Assembly (NCBI GenBank): GCA_947175605.1
Contig: CAMWNH010000002.1
Location: forward strand, 17,754 to 81,753
Direction of reading: 5' to 3'
Length of the DNA: 64,000 nucleotides
Source of the DNA: an uncultured Porphyromonadaceae bacterium
Lineage (GTDB): Bacteria > Bacteroidota > Bacteroidia > Bacteroidales > Muribaculaceae
Each line of letters starts with the position of its first letter. Position 1 is the first letter of the stretch. A program made the translations under genes and the position numbers. Below the pieces are notes generated by a model, which did no database searches, was not told the DNA's origin, and worked only from the letters and a program-made list of their open reading frames with translations. Below are positions 20,341 through 30,898 of the stretch, in pieces.

Positions 20341-21834
20341 ATGGCATTCAACTATATGACGGCTCAGGAAGCCGCAGAAATGATTAAGGACGGTGATACC
20401 ATCGGCCTTTCGGGCTTCACGGCCCCCGGTACTCCCAAAGTAATAACCGACGCCCTGGCTGAAAAGGCAACCCGCGAGCATGAGGCAGGACGGCCCTTCA
20501 AGGTGAATCTCTTCACGGGTGCATCGACAAGCGACCATGTGGACGGCGCACTCTCGCGCGCAAATGCCATAAATATGCGTGCTCCCTATCAGAACGTGCC
20601 TGATCTGCGCAAGCGCATCAACTGCCATGATGTGCACTACTTCGACCGCCACCTCTCGGAAATGGCCCAGGAGATGCGCTACGGCTTCTACGGCAAGCTT
20701 GACTACGCAATCATCGAGGCTGCCGACATAACACCCGACGGCGAAGTCATACTCGGCACAGGTGTGGGCAATGTGCCTACCTATGCAATGATGGCCGATA
20801 AAATTTTTATCGAGCTCAATGAGGCACTTCCCTCGAGCCTCCTCGGGATGCACGATGTAGTGCTTCTCCAGGATCCCCCTTACCGCCGCGAGATTCCCAT
20901 CTACGCCGCAAACGACCGCATCGGCTCGCCCGTGCTCAAGATCGATCCCTCGAAAGTCGTGGGCATTGTGCGCAACAACATGCTCGACGGCGTGAAGCCT
21001 TTCACGGCCGTTGACGAAGTGAGCCAGCAGATCGGTTCGAACGTGGTGCGCTTCCTCGTGAGCGAATACAAGGCCGGTCGCCTGCCCAAGGAATTCCTGC
21101 CTCTCCAGAGCGGTGTGGGCAATGTGGCCAACGCCGTGCTCTATGATCTTGGCGAGAGCAAGGAACTGCCCAATTTCATGATGTACACTGAAGTGATTCA
21201 GGACGCAGTGCTGGAGCTTCTGAAGAAGGGCAAGTGCACCTTCGCCTCCACCTGCTCGATGACCTTCTCGGACGACACGGAGCGCAAGCTCTTCGCGGAC
21301 ATTGATTTCTTCCACGACAAGATTCTGATGCGACCGGCCGAGATTTCCAACAATCCCGAGGTTATCCGCCGTCTGGGCGTCATCGCCATGAACACGGCTC
21401 TCGAAGCCGACATCTTCGGCTCGGTGAACTCCACTCACGTTCTCGGCACCAAGATGATGAACGGCATCGGCGGTTCGGGCGACTTTACCCGCAACGCCTA
21501 CCTGTCGATATTCAGCTGTCCTTCCGTGACCAAGGGCGGCATGATCTCCAACATCGTACCCATGGTTGCGCATCCCGACCACAGCGAGCACTCGGTGGAC
21601 ATCCTCGTGACCGACCAGGGCGTGGCCGATCTGCGCCACAAGGATCCCGAGGAACGTGCGAAGCTCATCATCGAGAAGTGCGCGCACCCCATGTACAAGG
21701 AACTCCTCTGGGACTATATGAAGCTGGGCAAGGGCGGCCAGACCCCCTGCACGCTCAAGGCGGCTTTCGAATTCCACAACGCCTTCAACGAGACAGGCGA
21801 CATGCGCAATGCTGCATTCGGCAAGTACTGCTGA
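20341..21834 (+). CDS. Acetyl-CoA hydrolase / succinate CoA-transferase
   Basis: GLSGFT..G.PK, TGAST, LQSGVGNVANA, YTEVIQD and MMNGIGGSGDF motifs. Confidence 0.93.
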   Translation: MAFNYMTAQEAAEMIKDGDTIGLSGFTAPGTPKVITDALAEKATREHEAGRPFKVNLFTGASTSDHVDGALSRANAINMRAPYQNVPDLRKRINCHDVHYFDRHLSEMAQEMRYGFYGKLDYAIIEAADITPDGEVILGTGVGNVPTYAMMADKIFIELNEALPSSLLGMHDVVLLQDPPYRREIPIYAANDRIGSPVLKIDPSKVVGIVRNNMLDGVKPFTAVDEVSQQIGSNVVRFLVSEYKAGRLPKEFLPLQSGVGNVANAVLYDLGESKELPNFMMYTEVIQDAVLELLKKGKCTFASTCSMTFSDDTERKLFADIDFFHDKILMRPAEISNNPEVIRRLGVIAMNTALEADIFGSVNSTHVLGTKMMNGIGGSGDFTRNAYLSIFSCPSVTKGGMISNIVPMVAHPDHSEHSVDILVTDQGVADLRHKDPEERAKLIIEKCAHPMYKELLWDYMKLGKGGQTPCTLKAAFEFHNAFNETGDMRNAAFGKYC

Positions 21835-21864
21835 ACCGCGGCTACTGACACAGACTGAAAAATG

Positions 21865-21892
21865 CGGGGACGCGGCCGAGGCTGCGTCCCCG
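21865..21892 (+). other. GC-rich intergenic stem-loop before ruvA
   Basis: CGGGGACGCGGC-CGAG-GCTGCGTCCCCG forms a 12-bp stem with one G-U pair; no U-tract follows. Confidence 0.5.
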
Positions 21893-21909
21893 TTCATACC
21901 CGGCAAACT

Positions 21910-22506
21910 ATGATAGAATACATCCGCGGCGCCGTGGCGTCGCTAAATCCGGCGGCTACCGTGCTCGAAACTTCCGGGGGCGTGGGCTATCTGCTCAGCA
22001 TCTCGCTCCAGACCTTCAGCGCTCTCGAAGGGAAGAAAGAGGTGCGCCTGCACGTGCACGAGGTGATACGCGAGGACACCTACCAGCTTTACGGCTTCGC
22101 CACGGAGCGCGAGCGTGAGCTCTTCCGCATGCTCATAGGCGTAAGCGGCGTGGGCGCCTCCACGGCCCTGATCGTGCTCTCCTCGCTGGGCTCCAGAGAT
22201 CTGGAAAACGTAATCGCCACAGGGGATTCCAAACGGCTCAAAGGCGTCAAGGGCATAGGGACAAAAACAGCTGAAAGAATAATTGTAGACCTCCGTGATA
22301 AAATAAAAAGCACGGATGCTACGTTAGTATTGCAGCCCGGGGAAACACAGGCCTCGCGCACGGCCGCCTTCGAGGAGGCTCACGCAGCGCTTGTGATGCT
22401 CGGCTTCGACCGCAAGGCTTCGGAGAAGGTGCTTACAGCCATCTTCAAGGAAAGTCCGGCGGTAAAAGTCGAGGAGGCTATCAAGAAGGCCCTTCCAAGG
22501 CTCTGA
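21910..22506 (+). CDS. ruvA: Holliday junction helicase subunit RuvA
   Basis: MIEYIRG start (ATG at 21910), LYGF, LIGVSGVG and VKGIGTKTAERIIVDL motifs. Confidence 0.97.
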   Translation: MIEYIRGAVASLNPAATVLETSGGVGYLLSISLQTFSALEGKKEVRLHVHEVIREDTYQLYGFATERERELFRMLIGVSGVGASTALIVLSSLGSRDLENVIATGDSKRLKGVKGIGTKTAERIIVDLRDKIKSTDATLVLQPGETQASRTAAFEEAHAALVMLGFDRKASEKVLTAIFKESPAVKVEEAIKKALPRL

Positions 22507-22569
22507 CAGCTTCCGCGCGGAGGTATTTCAGCCGATGCGTCTTCTTCCGGAAAAAGCTGCACAACTGAA

Positions 22570-25500
22570 ATGAAGCATCTGAAAACCAATCATTCCGGCC
22601 ATATGTGCACACACATACTACGCTGTTTCCGCAGATTCTGCGGCGCCAGCGGGCTTTGGTGTGCCCTGTTGTTGTTGCTGTATCTGATTCCGGGTGCTTC
22701 GGCTCAGTACTACAAGAGCGAACTTCCGCCTCCTGCTCCCGGGGCCTATCCGCCTGCGCCTCCGGGCGACTCCATAATGATGCCTTTCCCCGTGCTCCAG
22801 ACCGTGCCTCAGAACTATGAGCAGCTGATGGAGAACGAGCTGGCCTATGACCTCACGGCGCCGTCGAATATCAAGACGGAGGCGGAGTATGATCCGGAAA
22901 GCGGGGGATATGTAGTGCGGACGCGTGTGGGTAATTTCGACATCGCCACGCCATTCATGCTCACGGCCGACCAGTATAATAACTGGCAGATACGCCGCTC
23001 GATGCAGAACTACTACCGCACGCGCAATCAGGAATTTCTGACCTCGACCGAGAAGCAGCCATTCAATATCTTCGACATGAATTTTGCGCTCGGGCCGCTG
23101 GAGAAAATCTTCGGCCCTGGCGGCGTGCAGCTTCGCACGCAGGGCTCCGTGCAGGTGCAGATGGGCATCAAGAGCAACAAGACGGACAATCCCTCGCTCT
23201 CGCTTTCCTCGCGCCGCAAGACCTACTTCGATTTCGACCAGAAAATCCAGGCTACGATCAATGCCTCCGTGGGCGACCGCATGAAGTTCAACATGAGCTA
23301 CAATACGGACGCCACCTTTGATTTCGACTCCAAGAACATCAAGCTTGCCTATGAAGGGCAGGAGGATGACATTGTCAAGAGCATCGAGGCCGGTAACGTA
23401 TCACTTACCACGGGTTCGTCGCTCATACGAGGTTCAACGGCACTGTTCGGCTTCAAAACCAAGCTTCAGTTCGGTAAACTCACGGCCACGGCGCTGATCT
23501 CGCAGCAGAATTCCGAGTCGAAGACCGTGAACACCAAGGGAGGCGCGCAGACGACGCCCTTCACAGTCAACGCCGACGAGTACGACCAGAACCGCCACTA
23601 TTTTCTGGCTCATTTCTTCAGGGACAATTATGATGAGTTCGCTTCGAAACTGCCGTACGTATCGTCGGGGGTAAACATCACGCGCATCGAGGTGTGGGTT
23701 ACGAACAAGACTGGCAAATACGAGCAGTCGCGCAACCTCGTGGCCTTTCAGGATCTTGGCGAGAACTCGGTTCTGGCCAACGACTACTGGCGCACGAATC
23801 CTTCGCTCCCCAATCCGGCGAATGCATCGAACAATCTGCTCGAGACTATCAAGACACAATATCCCGGCGCACGCAACATCAACGATGTGACGCAGGCGCT
23901 GGCTCCGCTTTCGGCTTACGGCATCGATGGCGGCAAGGACTACGAGAAGGTGGAGAGCGCCCGCCTGCTGAGCAGCTCGGAATATACGCTCAACGCAACG
24001 TTAGGATATATTTCCGTGAAGTCCGCGCTCAACGCCGATGAGGTGCTGGCCGTGGCATTCGAGTATACATATCGCGGCCAGGTGTATCAGGTGGGCGAAT
24101 TCTCCGGCGACATCACGAGCACGGACCAGAGCCTCTACCTGAAGATGCTGAAAAGCACGACTACGTCGCCGCGCCTTCCCATGTGGAAGCTGATGATGAA
24201 AAACGTGTATTCGCTGGGCGGGTATCAGATTCAGAAATCGAAGTTCAAACTCAACATCAAGTATCTCTCGGACACTACGGGCACGCAGATCAACTATCTT
24301 CCCGTGCCGGGGCTGAACAATCAGTCGCTGCTGCAGGTGATGAACCTTGACCGCATCGACTCGAACGAAGAGAGCAATCCCGACGGCTTCTTCGACTTTG
24401 TCGAGGGCTATACCATCCTCTCGCAGCAGGGCAAGGTAATCTTCCCGGTAGTGGAGCCTTTCGGTTCGCATCTGCGAAAGAAAATCAACAACCCGGCTCT
24501 GGCCGAACAGTATGTATATCAGGAGCTTTACGACTCCACGCTCGTTGTGGCGCGTCAATATGCCGACAAGAACAAGTTTATCCTTACCGGCGAATATCAG
24601 GCGTCATCCGGCTCGCAGATCCGCCTGAACGCCATGAACGTGCCTCGCGGGTCCGTGATTGTGACCGCAGGCGGTGTGACGCTTACGGAGAATTCGGACT
24701 ATACGGTGGACTACGCGATGGGCATAGTCACCATCACCAACCAGAGCATTATCGACTCGGGACAGAATATCAGCGTGACGCTTGAGAATCAGTCGCTTTT
24801 CTCGCTCCAGCGCAAAACGCTGCTGGGTCTTGACCTCCAGTATCAGGTGAACAAGGACCTGAATATCGGCGGCACACTCCTGCATTTCTCGGAAAAGGCT
24901 CTGCTGGAGAAAGTGAGCATCGGCGATGAGACCGTGAACAATACGATGGCCGGCCTTAACCTGAACTACAACGGGCAGTTCATGTGGCTCACCAACCTGC
25001 TTAACAAGATTCCGACGGTGAACGCCACTGCGCCTTCGAGCCTGAATCTGACGGCCGAATATGCGAGACTCATCCCCCACTCCCAGAAAAGCGGCTCGAA
25101 CCGCGGCTCGTCGTATGTGGATGATTTCGAAAACACGCAGACGGGTATAGACCTTCGCTCGCCCTACTCGTGGTTTCTTGCGTCGACGCCGTACGATCCT
25201 TCGCCGGACGCCCTGTTCCCGGAAGCTGCACTGAGCAATAATGTGGCATACGGCAAGAACCGCGCGCTGCTGAACTGGTACTATATCGACCGTATGTTCA
25301 CGCAGCGCAACTCCTCGCTCGCTCCGGGCTACCTGAAAAGCGATCTGAAGCAGCTTTCGAATCCATATGTGCGTGAGGTGACCTCGCGCGAGATTTTCCC
25401 CGGGCGCGAGCTTAGCTACGGCGAATCGTCGACCATTCAGACTCTCAACCTCTCTTTCTATCCCGACGAGCGAGGTCCCTACAACCTCGATGCCACAAAC

Positions 25501-28500
25501 ATCGACGAAAGCGGCCGTCTGCTCAATCCGGAAAAGCGCTGGGGCGGTATCATGCGCAGGCTCGACAACACCAATTTCGAGCAGAACAACATTGAATACG
25601 TGCAGTTCTGGATGCTGAATCCCTTCCTGGACCCCGAGAATCCCAATCTCGAGGGCGGTGATCTGTATCTGAACTTCGGCGAAATCTCCGAGGACATCCT
25701 CAAGGATGGTCTCAAGAGCTACGAGAACGGTATCCCGTACGACGGGAATGACCAGTATCTCAAGGACACGGCCTGGGGCCGCGTGTCGTCGCAGAACTCA
25801 CTCACCTACTCTTTCGACAACGCCACCGGGGCGCGTCTGGCTCAGGACGTCGGTCTGGACGGTCTGCCCAACGTGGACGAATTCTCGTTCTCCAGCTATC
25901 AGGAGTATCTCGACGAGCTGCGCCGGCGGCTCTCGCCCGAGACCCTGATGCGCATGGAGGAAGATGAATTCTCGCCTCTGCGCGACCCTGCGGGCGACAA
26001 CTATCACTTCTATCGCGGCTACGACTATGACGAGCAGCGTCTGGGAGTGCTGGAGCGTTACAAGCGCTACAACGGCGTGGAAGGTAACTCACTCTCGCCC
26101 GAGGATGCGCCGGACCCGCTGTATCAGAGCGCACGCGCCACCCCTGACGTGGAGGACATCAATCAGGACAATACGCTCAACGAATACGAACGCTACTTCC
26201 AGTATCGCATCTCCATCCGACCCGAGGACCTCGTGGTGGGCAAGAACTATATCACCGACAAGCAGACCTCCCTGGTCTCCACGCGCGACCCGGAGAATCC
26301 CGACCTGCAGGTGGAATGGTATCAGTTCAAAATACCCTTGGAAGACTTCGAGAAGATCGTCGGAGGAATATCCGACTTCTCGACGATCCGCTTCGTGCGC
26401 ATGTTCATGACGGGTTTCAAGAAGACGACACACCTGCGTTTCGCCACGTTCGAGCTCGTGCGCGGCGAATGGCGCAGCTATGACTTCAATCTCAATTCGC
26501 GCGGCGATGCTCCGGCCCAGGGCCAGCTGGACCTCTCGGTTGTGAACATCGAGGAAAATGCAGGCCGCGAACCCGTGAACTATGTGCTTCCTCCGGGCGT
26601 GACACGTATACAGGACCCCTCGCAGAGCCAGATAACGCAGCTCAACGAGCAGTCGATGTCCATGCGCATCACCGACCTCACGGCCGGCGATGCACGCGGC
26701 GTGTACCGCAATACACAGCTCGACCTGCGAAACTATCAGCGCCTGCAGATGTGGATCCACGCGGAAGCACCAATTGACAATACCACGGCAACGCGTTCGG
26801 GCGATCTCTCGGCCTTCATCCGCCTCGGCACGGACGTGAAGAACAACTACTACGAATATGAGATTCCGCTTGAGCTTACGCCTCCCGGAAAGTATGACAA
26901 CAACCTGCAATCGGCGCGCGAGATCGTGTGGCCCGAAGCCAACTACCTCAACTTCAATCTCCAGAGTCTCGTAAACCTGAAGAAGGAACGCAACAACGCC
27001 AAGCGTGCCGAGGAGCCCGGTGTGGGCTACGGTACCGTATACTCGGGCCGCGACCCGGATAATGCGCGCAACCGCATGAGCGTGCTCGGCAATCCCTCGC
27101 TATCCGATGTGAGAGTGATTCTCGTGGGCGTGCGCAACAATGCAGCGACGACCAAGGACGGCACCATCTGGGTGAACGAGCTTAAAGTAACGGACTTCGC
27201 TGAAGAAGGCGGCTGGGCAGCTAAAGCCAATGCCACGCTAAACCTTTCCGATATTGCCACGCTCAACGTGGGAGGACATATCGAAACGGCAGGCTTCGGC
27301 AGCGTGGACCAGAGTCTCAACGAGCGCCGCATGGACGACTATACCCAGTACAACGTTGCCGTGCAGGCCGATCTTGGACGCTTCCTTCCCGAGAAAGCCA
27401 AGCTCCGCGCCCCCATCTACTACTCGCGCAGCGAAGAAAAGACATCGCCGAAATACAATCCTCTGGATCAGGACGTGCTACTGAAGGATGCCCTCGACGA
27501 TTGCGCGACCAAGGCTGAACGCGACTCCATCAGCTCCTATGCCATCGAGCGCACGACCATGCAGAACTTCTCGCTCTCGGGCCTGAAATTCGACGTCAAG
27601 AGCAAGAACCCCATGCCCTGGGACCCTGCGAACTTCACGTTCAACTTCTCGTTCACCAAACAGGCCAAGAAAGATCCGACCACCGAGTACGAGAACACGA
27701 ACGACTACCGCGGCTCGCTGCAGTACAACTACTCGCCGTTCTTCAAGCCCTTCAAGCCCTTCAAGGGCATGAAGTCGAAGAACAAGAACGCCCGCTTCCT
27801 GAAGGAGTGGGAGCTCAACTGGTTGCCCACCAACATCTCCTTCCAGACGAACATGAGCCGCTACTACTACGAGCAGCAGACGCGCTCGGAAACGGACGTC
27901 ATGTTCCAGCTTCCCGTATCCGTAAGCAAGAACTTCCTCTGGGACCGACAGCTTGCCCTGACATGGAACGTGACGAAGACACTGTCGTTCACCTTCAACG
28001 CCAATACCTCCGCCCGCATCGAGGAGACGGTAGGCGCGGTGAATCGCAAGCTCTTCCCTGACAAATACAAGGAATGGAAGGACACGGTATGGCAGTCCAT
28101 CCGCTCGATGGGCACGCCGTGGTCCTACAACCAGACATTCACAGGCCAGTATCGCGCTCCGTTTGCCAAGATCCCCTTCCTGGACTTTCTTACGGCCAAC
28201 GTAAGCTACAACGCCACCTATCGCTGGGACCGCGGCGCCACGATCGACGGTGTGTCCATGGGTAACTCCATCGCGAACCAGGCTTCATGGAACGCCGACG
28301 GCCGCATCAACTTCGAAGGATTCTACAACAAGATCACCTTCCTGAAAAACATCAACAAGCGCTTCGCCAATACGCGCAAGAACAACAGCAATGTCCGCAA
28401 GCCTAAGAAGTTCGAACGCAATTTCGAGCTCAAGCCGGACACGACCCTGACCATCCGCCACGGCCTGCGTACGTCCAAGGTGAAGGTTACGGCTGTGACT

Positions 28501-30063
28501 GCCGATGACGAAAAGCCCTTCCCCATAAAGACGCGTGTTGTCGACGCCAACAACGTCGAGGTTCTCACGCGCGGCGACCAGAACCTCAAGTTCACGGTGC
28601 TCGAAGTGATGAAGGACGAGAAATCCCTGATGCGCGAGATAGGCGAATACGCCATGCGCCTTGTCATGTCGCCACGAAACGTATCCGTACGCTACAAGAA
28701 TACACGCACCATGAGCCTGCCGCTATACCGCCCCACCGTGGGCAACATCTTCGGCGAAAGCACCTCATACGGGCCCATGGCTCCCGGTCTTGACTTCGCA
28801 TTCGGCTTCACGGACGAGAGCTATATCCAGAAGGCAATCCGCAACGGCTGGCTCATAACCGACGACGGGCAGACCTCCCCCGCCTTATGGGGCAAAACCA
28901 ACGAGCTGAATATCGAGGCGAACATCGAGCTGTTCAAGGGCTTCAAGGTGCAACTGACCTTCAACCGCACGGACAACCGTTCGTCGCAGGTGCAGTTCAT
29001 GTACGAGGGTATGCCTACCTCTCTTGCGGGCTCGTACACAAAGACCCACATGGCGCTGGGCACTGCCCTCAAGGTCTCGAAGGCCGACGACGGCTACAAC
29101 TCAGCACCGTTCAATAATTTCCTGGCCTATATTCCCACCATCCGCAACCGTGTGGAAGCACAATACGCCGGCCTCAATTATCCCGAGAGCGGCTTCATGG
29201 CCGGAAAGCCCGAAGCGGGCAAGCCCTTCTCGCCTGAGGTGGGCCAGGTGAGCCAGACATCCTCCGACGTGCTTATCCCGGCCTTCATGGCTGCATACTC
29301 GTCGACATCGCCCGAACGCGTCACGCTCAATCCCTTCCCCTCCTTCTCCAGCGTGCTTCCCAACTGGCGCGTGACCTACGACGGCCTCATAAATATGGGC
29401 AACATGCGCAATATCTTCAAGAGTTTCTCGCTCAGCCACGCATATCAGTGCACATATTCCGTGGGCTCCTACTCGTCGTATCTCAACTGGATAGGCGTGG
29501 GCGGCGACAATCTGGGCTTCACGCTCGACGAACTTACGGGGCTGCCCGTGCCTTCCTCGCCCTTCAATATTTCGTCGGTGGCCATCACGGAGCGTTTCGC
29601 GCCCCTGATAGGCCTGAAGGCCACGCTCAAAAACGAGCTTCAGTTCAACGCCGAGTGGCGCGACCAACGCACTCTGACGCTGAACACAGCGGCCGGCCAG
29701 GTCGTTGAAGCCACCACTCGCGGCCTCACCGTGGGTATGGGCTATAAAATCATAGGATTCAACACCGTGCTGAAGATGAAAGGTTCGGGACAAGGCATCA
29801 GCAACGACCTGACGCTGAATGCCGACGTGTCGTTCCAGAACACACAGGCCCTGATCCGTCGCATAGAGAGCAACTACACGCAGCCCACATCAGGCGCCAA
29901 CAACCTGAGCATCAATTTCACGGCGTCCTATATCCTGAGCAAGCGCATCACGCTGCAGGCCTATTTCGACCATCAGGTGAATACGCCTCTTGTGACTACG
30001 AGCGCCTATCCGACCACGAACTCCTCCTACGGTGTGAGCATCAATCTATCGCTCGCACGCTGA
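22570..30063 (+). CDS. sprA: T9SS outer-membrane translocon SprA/Sov
   Basis: 2497 aa, signal peptide, SprA motifs (YNTDATFDF, GNVSL, YVDDFE, WYQFKIP, WVNELKV), and position after ruvA, as is typical. The start may be 22570 or 22602. Confidence 0.95.
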   Translation: MKHLKTNHSGHMCTHILRCFRRFCGASGLWCALLLLLYLIPGASAQYYKSELPPPAPGAYPPAPPGDSIMMPFPVLQTVPQNYEQLMENELAYDLTAPSNIKTEAEYDPESGGYVVRTRVGNFDIATPFMLTADQYNNWQIRRSMQNYYRTRNQEFLTSTEKQPFNIFDMNFALGPLEKIFGPGGVQLRTQGSVQVQMGIKSNKTDNPSLSLSSRRKTYFDFDQKIQATINASVGDRMKFNMSYNTDATFDFDSKNIKLAYEGQEDDIVKSIEAGNVSLTTGSSLIRGSTALFGFKTKLQFGKLTATALISQQNSESKTVNTKGGAQTTPFTVNADEYDQNRHYFLAHFFRDNYDEFASKLPYVSSGVNITRIEVWVTNKTGKYEQSRNLVAFQDLGENSVLANDYWRTNPSLPNPANASNNLLETIKTQYPGARNINDVTQALAPLSAYGIDGGKDYEKVESARLLSSSEYTLNATLGYISVKSALNADEVLAVAFEYTYRGQVYQVGEFSGDITSTDQSLYLKMLKSTTTSPRLPMWKLMMKNVYSLGGYQIQKSKFKLNIKYLSDTTGTQINYLPVPGLNNQSLLQVMNLDRIDSNEESNPDGFFDFVEGYTILSQQGKVIFPVVEPFGSHLRKKINNPALAEQYVYQELYDSTLVVARQYADKNKFILTGEYQASSGSQIRLNAMNVPRGSVIVTAGGVTLTENSDYTVDYAMGIVTITNQSIIDSGQNISVTLENQSLFSLQRKTLLGLDLQYQVNKDLNIGGTLLHFSEKALLEKVSIGDETVNNTMAGLNLNYNGQFMWLTNLLNKIPTVNATAPSSLNLTAEYARLIPHSQKSGSNRGSSYVDDFENTQTGIDLRSPYSWFLASTPYDPSPDALFPEAALSNNVAYGKNRALLNWYYIDRMFTQRNSSLAPGYLKSDLKQLSNPYVREVTSREIFPGRELSYGESSTIQTLNLSFYPDERGPYNLDATNIDESGRLLNPEKRWGGIMRRLDNTNFEQNNIEYVQFWMLNPFLDPENPNLEGGDLYLNFGEISEDILKDGLKSYENGIPYDGNDQYLKDTAWGRVSSQNSLTYSFDNATGARLAQDVGLDGLPNVDEFSFSSYQEYLDELRRRLSPETLMRMEEDEFSPLRDPAGDNYHFYRGYDYDEQRLGVLERYKRYNGVEGNSLSPEDAPDPLYQSARATPDVEDINQDNTLNEYERYFQYRISIRPEDLVVGKNYITDKQTSLVSTRDPENPDLQVEWYQFKIPLEDFEKIVGGISDFSTIRFVRMFMTGFKKTTHLRFATFELVRGEWRSYDFNLNSRGDAPAQGQLDLSVVNIEENAGREPVNYVLPPGVTRIQDPSQSQITQLNEQSMSMRITDLTAGDARGVYRNTQLDLRNYQRLQMWIHAEAPIDNTTATRSGDLSAFIRLGTDVKNNYYEYEIPLELTPPGKYDNNLQSAREIVWPEANYLNFNLQSLVNLKKERNNAKRAEEPGVGYGTVYSGRDPDNARNRMSVLGNPSLSDVRVILVGVRNNAATTKDGTIWVNELKVTDFAEEGGWAAKANATLNLSDIATLNVGGHIETAGFGSVDQSLNERRMDDYTQYNVAVQADLGRFLPEKAKLRAPIYYSRSEEKTSPKYNPLDQDVLLKDALDDCATKAERDSISSYAIERTTMQNFSLSGLKFDVKSKNPMPWDPANFTFNFSFTKQAKKDPTTEYENTNDYRGSLQYNYSPFFKPFKPFKGMKSKNKNARFLKEWELNWLPTNISFQTNMSRYYYEQQTRSETDVMFQLPVSVSKNFLWDRQLALTWNVTKTLSFTFNANTSARIEETVGAVNRKLFPDKYKEWKDTVWQSIRSMGTPWSYNQTFTGQYRAPFAKIPFLDFLTANVSYNATYRWDRGATIDGVSMGNSIANQASWNADGRINFEGFYNKITFLKNINKRFANTRKNNSNVRKPKKFERNFELKPDTTLTIRHGLRTSKVKVTAVTADDEKPFPIKTRVVDANNVEVLTRGDQNLKFTVLEVMKDEKSLMREIGEYAMRLVMSPRNVSVRYKNTRTMSLPLYRPTVGNIFGESTSYGPMAPGLDFAFGFTDESYIQKAIRNGWLITDDGQTSPALWGKTNELNIEANIELFKGFKVQLTFNRTDNRSSQVQFMYEGMPTSLAGSYTKTHMALGTALKVSKADDGYNSAPFNNFLAYIPTIRNRVEAQYAGLNYPESGFMAGKPEAGKPFSPEVGQVSQTSSDVLIPAFMAAYSSTSPERVTLNPFPSFSSVLPNWRVTYDGLINMGNMRNIFKSFSLSHAYQCTYSVGSYSSYLNWIGVGGDNLGFTLDELTGLPVPSSPFNISSVAITERFAPLIGLKATLKNELQFNAEWRDQRTLTLNTAAGQVVEATTRGLTVGMGYKIIGFNTVLKMKGSGQGISNDLTLNADVSFQNTQALIRRIESNYTQPTSGANNLSINFTASYILSKRITLQAYFDHQVNTPLVTTSAYPTTNSSYGVSINLSLAR

Positions 30064-30133
30064 TTTTTCCCACGCGGATTCCGCTATTTTAAGAGGGCGA
30101 CACAATATTTCCGAACGCAGGGCGTTTGATATT

Positions 30134-30898
30134 GTGATGAGAATCCGCAAACCCAATATACTACGCATTGCCGGCGCCGTGGCCCTCGTGGTCTCGGCCC
30201 TGCTTATGTGCAGCCCCGAGGTCATGGGAGCGAACAAGGGACGCCGTGGACTGAACAACAAGGTCCTCAACCGTCCGTACGCCGACATGCGCCTGTGGCA
30301 TCTCGGCTTTTCGGTGGGCATGCATACGGAGGACCTACGCTTCACACACAATGGCTTCGTGACTCCGGAGGGCGAGGAATGGCGTATTGAACAACCGACG
30401 TTCCAACCGGGTTTCAACGTTACGGCGCTTGTGGACCTGCGTCTGAGCAGCTACTTCTCGCTCCGTTTCTCGCCGGGCATGTACTTCGGCAGCCGCGACA
30501 TCACTATGCGCGAACTCAGCTCCGGCAATATCGAGAGACAGACCATCAAGAGCACCTACGTGACACTGCCTGTGGATTTGAAATTCGCGGCGCAGCGCTG
30601 GCGCAATATGCGCCCCTATGTCGTGGGCGGCGTGATGGGAGCATTCGACGTGTCCAAAAAGCGAGCCGACTATCTGCGTCTCACCGGAGGCGACGCCTAT
30701 CTCACCATAGGCTTCGGCTGCGATTTCTACCTCCCGTACTTCAAGCTCATTCCAGAGCTCAAGTTCTGTTTCGGCCTTACGGACATTCTACAGCACGACC
30801 GTCCTGACCTCGTGGACGATCCTGCGAGCATGAAGTTCACGCAGTCGATCTCGAAGGCCACATCCAAAATGATAGTACTTTCTTTCTACTTTGAATAA
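30134..30898 (+). CDS. porT: T9SS beta-barrel PorT/SprT
   Basis: NRPYAD.R.WHLGFSVG, LRFSPG, ELKFCFG and C-terminal LSFYFE. Confidence 0.9.
   Translation: MMRIRKPNILRIAGAVALVVSALLMCSPEVMGANKGRRGLNNKVLNRPYADMRLWHLGFSVGMHTEDLRFTHNGFVTPEGEEWRIEQPTFQPGFNVTALVDLRLSSYFSLRFSPGMYFGSRDITMRELSSGNIERQTIKSTYVTLPVDLKFAAQRWRNMRPYVVGGVMGAFDVSKKRADYLRLTGGDAYLTIGFGCDFYLPYFKLIPELKFCFGLTDILQHDRPDLVDDPASMKFTQSISKATSKMIVLSFYFE

Noticed and set aside
20329-21906. 525-aa minus-strand ORF
   Set aside because: It is the antisense shadow of the CoA-transferase gene, expected from GC-rich codon bias, and has no motifs.
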